Assembly: GCA_028534125.1 (NCBI GenBank) | Contig: CM052816.1 | Coordinates: 90,336,001 to 90,400,000 of the forward strand | DNA: 64,000 nt | Direction: 5' to 3' | Source: Lama glama | Lineage: Eukaryota | In this document: positions 55,789 to 64,000 of the stretch, in pieces | How the letters are laid out: the number at the start of each line of letters is the position of its first letter | How positions within the stretch are numbered: the first letter of the stretch is position 1 | The notes under the pieces: generated by a model | The model's input: the letters and a program-made list of their open reading frames with translations, nothing else | Database searches by the model: none | Told to the model about the DNA's origin: nothing | Position numbers and translations under genes: made by a program

Positions 55789-56920
55789 CCCTCAGTATTT
55801 GGTAATACTTATCAATACATAAATTTCAGTGAAGCCTCATGCCAAAGAATGCATATAGTAAGAAATACCAATTCAAAAAACTGGCATATCATGTAGTGAA
55901 TAGAACAGATAATCAATTACAGTAGTATTAACAACTGACTTAATAGGATCTTGTCAGCTCTAAAATTGTGATTTGAAATGCATCTTTGTGGAAATAAAAC
56001 CATGTATTAGCTTAAATAATAAATATTCTGCTTATTGATTCCGTTTTCAGTGTGGTTTAAGAGTTTATTTCAAGGTCTGCATGAAACAGAACATTCTAAT
56101 CCAAATAACAGTTATACTGAGAGTATTTAGTCATTTGCATTATCAGTGTAGTATCCGGAAGTCTGAGGTGGGTTGAAATTGGCAATACAAATGAAAACTA
56201 GCCTAGTTCACATTAGAAATCATTAAAGGGTGAAAATGACCTTAATCTCTACAAAGGAAGGGCATATTTAATGATCCCTTATTAGCTAACTCCCATCATA
56301 TCCAATTACACGGGCAAATCCAGACACAGAAGACACTTGGCATCATTGAACAATTACCATTCTCAAGTGAAAGGTATTTGATTTGTATATTTCCTTTATT
56401 TAAATAAGCTTTGAATTCAAAGAGATGAAAAGACAAAGCTAAAAAGCATCCTCTTAAAATTCCACCCCAATTAGCCAGATGAGAATACTAAATGACCATA
56501 TGCTACAAAGGAATTAAATCCGTTGTATTTACATAGCCATTTAACATATAGGAAAAGCAGAGGACCGGAGATCTACCTCCAAGTTATTTTTCTGTCATGA
56601 CCACGTAGACATTGCAATAGTTGTGCACTCTTTAGGCATTAACTGATGACAATTAAACATTTAGATAAGTGTAGATTACTTCATAGTCACCTCAGTCAAA
56701 AATGGTTAAAGAGGAGGGGGTGAAATTTTTACAGATAAAAGAAATTGCATTATGAGGCCAAATGTGAAATATTAATATCCCAAAGCAAATTTAAAATACT
56801 CTAAGTTACTTCAAATAATGTTTCTAATAATTTTTTAATCCTTGACACAAATTATTTAAAAAATGCTCTTTTAAATTGTTTTTGGCAACTTTCACCTATG
56901 GCTTTCACAAGTATCTGAAT

Positions 56921-57119
56921 TTTTAAGTCCACAAAAACAATTTGATTAACCTAGTTAGTGAAGACTCCATCCCTTTGCATGTCCAACCCCCTCAAAAGGA
57001 TGGGGGTGGGTGAGGGAGAAACCTGTGGTGGAAATCTCTCCTATCCCTCAGCATTTAAGACAAGAGGGAGGAGAGGGGCTGTGCAAATAGGTCGCCAAAG
57101 ATGGGGCAGAAGGGGAGTA
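56921..57119 (-). other. 3' UTR of RNF167 retrocopy with short A-tail remnant
   Basis: GC-rich UTR-like sequence follows the TAA and ends ...GGTTAATCAAATTGTTTTTGTGGACTT-AAAAA, then drops abruptly into AT-rich flank; resembles my recollection of the RNF167 mRNA 3' end. Confidence 0.7.
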
Positions 57120-58178
57120 TTAGATCTGGATGGCAGCTGAAGAGGAAGAGGATGGAGAAGGGGAGGCATCTGTTGAAGACCCAAGAAACACAAAGGGGGC
57201 TGGGGCTAGGGAGCCAAAGGATTTGGGAAGTACGGTGCTGGAGCCTAGAAGTGGGGTCCGTTCTGAGGCAGGGTGGCCCCTTGGCTGCCCTTCCTCCTCA
57301 CCCTCTTGCCCCTGAGTTTCTTCCTCCTGCTCCTCCTCTCCAGGATCCCGATGAACAGGCTGCTTGCAGACTGGGCAGGTCTTCCGGGTCTGAGTGAGCC
57401 AGGGGTCCACACAGCGGCTGTGATAGGCGTGCGCACAGGGAAGGACCCTCAGCTTGTCCCCATCCTCATATTCGTCCAGGCAGATGGCACAGACGTCATA
57501 CTGGTCTCCCTCCCGATAGTCACGTGTAGGAATCAGGTTCAGTTGCTCTTGGGTCAGTCGATTTTGCCGGAGCTCTTTCTGGAGCTGGATAAAACGAACT
57601 GTCATCGCTGCTCCCGTGCCCAGAATTAGCAACCCCAAAATCCCAGTGAAAAGGATGAGGCAATAGCCCAAGAGGAATCTGTTGTCTGGGATCAGAAGCA
57701 CCTGAGCCCCCTTCTGGTAGACGAAGAGGGCGCGCAGGTACTTAGAGCTCCTCTCCCCGATAAACACAGATGGGATCCAGATCTGCTGCTGGATTTCCTC
57801 ATTATTCCACACCATGTTCAGAAGTTCATTGGAATTCACATTGTGTACCACAGCTGCCTCGTACCCAGCCTTCTGAGCGTTTAGGACCTTGAGGTCAAAG
57901 TGGCAGTCGAATCTTCGAAGCAGTGCAATGAAAACTGACCCGTTGACCCAGGCTGCGGGCGGTGGGGCTATGGGGCTGCAGGCATTGGCTGGGTGAGCCT
58001 CCACAAGGAACCCCTTAAGTCCCTCCCCGCTCAAGGCAGCCCCAAAGAGAGCTGGGAGGTCTGCAAAGTCCATGCTGGCATTGTGGTCCGAAGTCGCTCG
58101 AATGAGGCCCTGGAGAGGGGCCGCGCCCCACAGCACAGTGGCCACAACGACGGGAAGCCGGAAGGCCGCAGGGTGCAT
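57120..58178 (-). CDS. RNF167: Intronless RNF167 retrocopy with intact ORF (352 aa, PA-TM-RING-H2 E3 ubiquitin ligase); retrogene or young processed pseudogene
   Basis: Translation is collinear with RNF167 as I recall it: signal peptide MHPAAF.., PA domain ([23 protein letters not shown]), hydrophobic TM at ~aa168-194, RING-H2 [42 protein letters not shown] (aa230-271), acidic/Ser-rich tail with ERTPLL. No introns, stops or frameshifts, whereas the parental gene is multi-exon. Start context GCTGCCATGC. Confidence 0.93.
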   Translation of the reverse strand: MHPAAFRLPVVVATVLWGAAPLQGLIRATSDHNASMDFADLPALFGAALSGEGLKGFLVEAHPANACSPIAPPPAAWVNGSVFIALLRRFDCHFDLKVLNAQKAGYEAAVVHNVNSNELLNMVWNNEEIQQQIWIPSVFIGERSSKYLRALFVYQKGAQVLLIPDNRFLLGYCLILFTGILGLLILGTGAAMTVRFIQLQKELRQNRLTQEQLNLIPTRDYREGDQYDVCAICLDEYEDGDKLRVLPCAHAYHSRCVDPWLTQTRKTCPVCKQPVHRDPGEEEQEEETQGQEGEEEGQPRGHPASERTPLLGSSTVLPKSFGSLAPAPFVFLGSSTDASPSPSSSSSAAIQI

Positions 58179-58700
58179 GGCAGCAGGAGGAGGCCGTGTC
58201 CTGGTAGCAGAAACAGAAGCTGAGTTCTGAGCGTCTCCCCACTTCCTTCAGGATCCCAGAGGTCCAACCACCCCCAGGTCCCACTTCGCAGCTACATGGC
58301 GGCGCAGGGAAGGAACCCTGGCTCCATCCCCTTCAGTGGAGCTGAGAGACAGACATTAACATATCCTTTCCTGGTATAGGGAGGGGTAAAACGGGGAAAG
58401 GGGATCGTGGCAAGCACAGGTGACAGACAAACTTCTGGAATGGTGGGGGGCTCAAGGAGGTGGAACTTCCACCCAGGTTGCTTTCAGCACTGGATGCTCA
58501 AGATGAAGAACTTCCGGTCCTCTCTTCCTCCCTCTGGCGACAGCCACCGCTGCGGTACCTTCAGGTCTCGCGAGACTGCTCAGCCCACGTCGTTCCCGCC
58601 AGCTGAAATCTCGCTGAGTCCGTCTCGAGATACCTCCTGTTTCTGGCTTAGTCTGTCTCACTTGGTCTCGTGTCCAGACAAGCCAAATTGAGAGACTTCT
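58179..58700 (-). promoter_or_regulatory. CpG-rich 5' leader / inherited promoter-like segment of the RNF167 retrocopy
   Basis: 13 CpG counted in 58501-58680 against a CpG-poor background; GTCTCGCGAGAC palindrome 58565-58576; ACTTCCGGT (ETS) 58510-58518; ACATGGCGGCG (YY1-like) 58294-58304; sharp GC drop at ~58700. Confidence 0.65.
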
Positions 58701-59489
58701 AGCAGATTATTCATTTTAATGTAGATTTTATGACAGTTGATTCTAATTTAAGAATGTGTACCAGTATCTACAAGTGCAAGTCATTTGCTGTCTTACCTCC
58801 CAAACAAGTAACTATCTGAAATCCAAGATAATTCACAAATTCTGTCATTATGATACAGATAACCAGGGATCAACATTTAACATTTTAATTATTTTACCCC
58901 AGTGACCAAATACAATCTTTTAAAACAAATACATTTCTGTTTCCATTTCAAATGCTAGAGTGATAGGAATAAAATCTCATTTCTTTGTGAGGACCATTTT
59001 AAATTAGAAGAAGTTAACTTGCTGGATGTTTGGACTGTCAGTTTTTCTAGGATATTGTAGAGGCTTGGAGGTTTTGATGTAACGTTGAATCCATACGACT
59101 AAGGAAATAACCAGAATATAAAATTACTGAAACTGAGGTAGATTCTTGTCACCCTAGGTCCAGTTACAACATGAAAAAGTCTCCTGTGGTTCCTAATTTT
59201 GCATTTCTACATGGCTATCCTTTTCCTCTTTAAGTGTTATACCTGGAAGTCAAAACCTAGATTAGAAAAGGAAATTATAGGCCACTTTAAATAAAGATGT
59301 GCCTGATTGGCCAAGTCTGGAATGGAAAGGTTTTATTCTCAGCACACTGCCCCAAGTTGTCCCTCCAGACTTGGGTGGGCAGCGTCTCACATTACAGTAT
59401 CACCTTGCCATTTTTGTATATTGATTCCATTTGCCAAAATATTCTTCCAGACTTGTTTCATCTCCATTTTCCCATATGGTCTACCAAAA

Positions 59490-60270
59490 ATATTTCCATT
59501 GTTGCTACCTTCAAAATCTATTCAGGATCCTGCTACCTCATATCACCCTCATTTTACCATCACGTGGTCCAAAAGACTGTTGTCTCTCTCCTAAATTATT
59601 GTCAAAAATCGCCTGATTGAGTTTCTTGTGTCCAGCCTTGCCTCCCTTTACTCTGGTTTGTCTATTCTCAACTCCAAGAGTGTTAAAACAGAACAAGATA
59701 GTACCACTCTTTTACTCAGAAACTCTCAGTGGCCTCCATCTCATGCGGAATAAAGGGAGGAGTCCTTCTGTTACATGTAAAGTCACACACATTCTCTGAA
59801 CCCTTCCTTCACTAACCTTCCCCTTCTGCGCTCTTCGTCACCTCACAGGCCTCCTTTCCCACCCTTGAACTTGCCAGAATTACTATACAAACCGTCCATC
59901 CATAACTGATGTTCCCTGAGCCTGGAATCCTCTCCCCTTGTGCACTGTATGGCTTGCTTCTTTATTTCTTTAAAGTTTCTACTCAAAATCCCCTTCTCAG
60001 TAAGAACCTCACTGACCACCACCACCTCCAACAGACATGGCAGACTCATCAGCACTGCTCTTGGCTCTCATCTTTTGTGTTTTTGACATATTATGTATAT
60101 TTCTGACATATTATATATTTTACTGATTTTTCTCTTTTATTGCCTGTTTCCCTCATGAGAATGTATGGCAGATCATGAAGACAGGAACTGCTTTTCTATT
60201 TTATCCACCGCTGGATGTATCTTCATCACTCATTGGCTTGCTTCACCAGTTGTAGATGTTGAATAAATAT
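59490..60270 (+). mobile_element. L2 LINE 3' fragment
   Basis: ctaccttcaaaatctattcagg..; ctcagtggcctccatctca..; gttccctgagcctggaatcctctccc; terminal tgttgaataaatat. Confidence 0.8.
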
Positions 60271-62665
60271 CTACTGCTAATTGTTGGATTTAGATTGGAA
60301 ATGGAGATGGGGACAAGGATAAGGTGCTGTCTGGGGGTTGGAGAGAGAAGGGTCAATAGACTAGTTTCTGAGCAGCCACAGGATCTGGAAGATACTGGTG
60401 GAGGAGCGGAGAAGAGGATTTTAACCTATAAACTGTGGTTTATGAATGAGTTTCCCTCCAACATTTTTAGTAATGTTAATTCAATCTCTTTTAATTAATT
60501 TTTATGACTGGACTGCATTTCTGTTAATGTCAGGCAGACAGTATACCACTTAAGACCAGGTTTTTCAATTAAATCAAATCTAATCTTAAAACTTTACTTT
60601 TATGTATTAAAAGTAGCTTTTAATCATCAAATGAAACAGAAAATGACCTTTACAGCTAAACTTAATTCTTTTTGATCTCTGTGCAACCTTAACTCAGACC
60701 TCAACTCCTCCACCAGCTTCTTTAAGAAATCCATCTGCCCCCAGAATTGGAGTAGGATTATCAAAGATTTGTTTCAATGGGATCTCTAGGACTCCACTAA
60801 AAAGAAATCTTCATTCAACTACCTCTTTTCCTAAATGCATACTTTCTACCCCCAGCAGTTGGCCATCCTCTCCTGCCTTGCCCTCTGCAACACTGTACCT
60901 GCTTCCTTCCTTTATTACGACAAGAAGCTCCCTTCTTCCCCCTGAAATCTGAACTTAGAAAGTGTCTTTTCAGCAAAGTTGATCTCCCCCTACAATGATT
61001 ATCTTTAAGAGCTGCTAAAAATATATTTTCTCAGTATCCTTACACTAAAAACTGGATAACAAAATCAGAAAAAAATATTGATTAAAAAAATAAAGACAAT
61101 AGACATCAACTTGTCCTAAAGTCAACGATGAAATCAATGACCTTTGTACCCTGTGCATTTTCCATGTGTTTCTCAAATGGGGAGCCCAACTTTATGTATC
61201 TTGTTGCTGTCTTCTGTTTTTCGCCTCCACTTCAGCTTTTCTGTGGTCTGGGTTTTAACTATAATGCCTATGACATGGCAGTGATTCTACTGATTGACTT
61301 GCTTATATTTGTAACCTACATAAAGTTCAGAAGGCATCAAAAAATAGAGTAAAATTTTTTACTACTATTAAATTAGATGTAAAGCTTGGCACCAAAAGCC
61401 CCGAAGTATGAAATTTATAGGAATATATTAGGTGACTCAGGATTTTTGGAACTAATGTAAAATTTATTAAAATGGCATTATCCACAGGATGAGAGTGCAT
61501 TGAAGGAATAAATTAAAATATAGATTTATCTTTAAGGTTACCCTATCAGAGGGAAAAAAATCACATTGTGCTCCAGCCAAAAACTTAATCTAATGTGCAA
61601 AAGTTGTTATGGGGAATGTGCAATGTTTCTTTAGTTTAAAATAAGTCCTTTAAATTTATGAAAGTTATAAACTTGACATTGTAATTTCAAAGCAGAAGCA
61701 AACTCAGTTGACATCTACTAATAATAACCAACTTAACAAGTGCAACTCAAAGTAATTATCTTACAGTGAAGAAAGAGTTTGAGATATAGAACATTGCAGA
61801 TTATTTCTTAATTAATGATATTATTTCTTCTATGTTACCCGTATTCTCAATTCAGTCTCCCTTCTTTGAAACTACAAAAAGAAATTCTTCTAATTCTTTG
61901 ACTCAGAAGTTGTCAGAATAAGAGTTCAGTTTCCTTTGGTCTGCTCTGTGGTCTTTTATGGTGTGTTTCACGTATGTTTTCTAAAATAATGGTAGCTCGT
62001 TACCCGTAGTTTAAAGACAATATGGTCTATACCCTCTAGGATCTTAAATATTAAAGAAGCTTAAACAAAAATAAATATACATTCAACAGAATTTATGTAT
62101 TTGGGCTGTATGTCAGAACCTTCCTTGAAGGACCCATATAGGATTCATAGCTAATAGGCTAAAACAGTACCCCATGCCCCCACAGGAATGTTCACCTTAC
62201 TACATCTCAGTCCAGAACTAGGAAGTTTAAAGGCTAAGAGTGTGGCTTTTAATTTGAATTTAAGAGCCAAGATTCAACAAATTGGATAATACAGAGGAGC
62301 AGAAACAGTTTTAAGGAAGTAACAAGGTCGATCCCAAAAATGGTCTGCCAAGTAGAGCCTGCGTGTTCAAGACAGCCTGAGCCAACGAGAATGAGCATGA
62401 CCCAAAGAAGCTTAACTTGTGAATCCAATGAACATGTCAAAAGTAGCATAAAGGAGGTTAACTGAACATGACACAGAATTTCTATTGACCAGAAACTCTA
62501 GTTACTCAGAAACCGAGAAACGTCTTTGTGGGAATAAGGGGGGATTTTTGCACTCAACGCACATGCTCGTAAGTAGTGGTTCTGTTGCACAGAGACTTGC
62601 TGGTAAACCCTGTGGCCTTACTCTGACTTTTGTCCAATTTAAAAACTCCCTTCTTCTCTTTTCAG

Positions 62666-62763
62666 GCAGAGCAGTTTAGCTTCCTCTTGCCTTAACCCTG
62701 CCTAAATATACTAGCCTGAGCCCAGGATCCATACCTTCTCTGTTCACCAAAAAGCCCCCAATG
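62666..62763 (+). other. Candidate non-coding exon (98 nt)
   Basis: Branch-like CTGAC 62623-62627, AG-free zone, pyrimidine tract CTCCCTTCTTCTCTTTTCAG, donor ATG|GTAAGT; stops in all three frames. Confidence 0.35.
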
Positions 62764-64000
62764 GTAAGTAGCTTAGGGGATGCTCTTCTTCCCTGAAAAG
62801 GAATTTGTCTCTGCCTGAACTCAAGATGAGCAAGTCAGTATCCATTTTTGTCTTTTAGGTTTCAGTTTTATTTTCAATGAAGTAGGCACCATTTTCTACG
62901 ACTTAGTGATTGTACTTTACTTGGAGATCTAACCATTAAAAGCAGCAGATGAATTGCTCAGAAGTGTGCTGAAAGAACATTTCAGTGTTTGGGGAGGACC
63001 ATCAGGGCAGCAAAGCCACAAAATGCCCTAAGTGTGGAGTAATAATAGGTACTTATAATGGTATGCATATCACTGGCAGAAACTTACACAGCTTAAGCAA
63101 AAATGGAAATACATTGATTCATGGAGTTGGTGGGACAGATAGAATGGCAAGCTTGGAGTGGAAACGAGAGTGCGTGTGGGAGTTCCATGGGCTTGTACGG
63201 CACGGGATGCTACCTGTCCCTTATCTGTGTGTCTCTGGTTCTCCCTCACTGCAAACTGGCTGTCTTCACACAGCGAATGACATGGCCCTGACAGCTCCAG
63301 AATTCAACTTCTTTCTGCCTACTTCCCAATCCGGGTTTAAGTAATACACCTCAAATGCCACGTCAGAATAACTGCAATTGCTTTAACAAGTTTGGCTGAG
63401 ATGTCTTATAAAGCATTTTCCTGGAACTCACTTGAGATTTCTGGATCATGTATGCTGTGCATTTTATATCCTTGCTCTTACTTGACTGTTATGCTAATGA
63501 ATACGAACACCAGATCAATTTTATTTTGTATTGCCTGAATCTTTTTTCTGTCACATAAGTTTCAAGACGTAGGCTTACATATTGGATGTTGTTTGTTTTA
63601 TGCCCCTTTGAGAACAAGAGCATAAAATTTTATGCAGTCAAATGTTTGATTATAAATTGAATGCTTTAAATTTGAACTGTATGTATAGATAAAGAAATAA
63701 TATCTTATTATTCCACTTTCCATAGTATTGTATTTTTATGTTTATTTAATAATATAATATGTATTTATTTTTTAACTGAAGGACTTATTTCGGGAATGTG
63801 AGAGTCCAGCGTTGTGTAATTTTTCTTTTTTTGAATGTCATTACAAATTAGTAAATCATTAAAAATAAATTTAATAGCAATTAAATGATGCATAAAATCA
63901 GGGTTTTGTTTTTTTTTTAGTTTGTATTTTCAGTAGTCAAACAGACTTCATACAATAGCCATGATCTGATTTCCTTTTTCACTGATAAGTCTCACGCTAT

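Noticed and set aside
57120..58178. Calling this the parental RNF167 locus or ZNRF4/RNF13
   Set aside because: No introns and no SLC25A11 neighbour upstream, so not the parent; the sequence is collinear with RNF167 end to end, so not the other paralogues.
56958..58691. Overlapping and antisense ORFs across the retrocopy
   Set aside because: By-products of GC-rich coding sequence with few stop codons; no independent support.
56905..58720. Target-site duplication for the RNF167 retrocopy
   Set aside because: Best candidate on the minus strand (AAAATGAATAATCTGCT vs AAAATTCAGATACTTGT, with TT/AAAA at the 5' side) matches only about 10/17; not convincing.
1..64000. The many 60-150 aa ORFs in the six-frame track
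   Set aside because: None resembles a protein I recognise; most overlap L1, L2, LTR or microsatellite sequence or begin at non-ATG codons, as expected by chance in mammalian non-coding DNA.

Overview
AT-rich, CpG-depleted mammalian genomic DNA. A tRNA-derived SINE resembling camelid vic-1 and the style of the L1 3' ends suggest a camelid (inference). Most of the window is intronic or intergenic and full of decayed repeats: L1, L2, MIR, MaLR/ERV solo LTRs and hAT DNA transposons, including a three-level nested insertion. Repeat family names come from recalled consensus sequences, not from a search. The only convincing protein-coding sequence is an intronless, uninterrupted 352-codon copy of RNF167 (PA-TM-RING-H2 E3 ligase) on the minus strand at 57120-58178. 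It has the parental-type 3' UTR and a ~520-nt CpG-rich 5' leader carrying a perfect TCTCGCGAGA (CGCG/BANP) element plus ETS and YY1 motifs. The best candidate for something new is a lineage-specific RNF167 retrogene that brought its own promoter. Its RING domain is essentially unchanged while its transmembrane/juxtamembrane segment has diverged. Weaker signals are RFX X-box motifs (one next to a CCAAT box), a few exon-like segments and an unexplained ~70-bp direct repeat.
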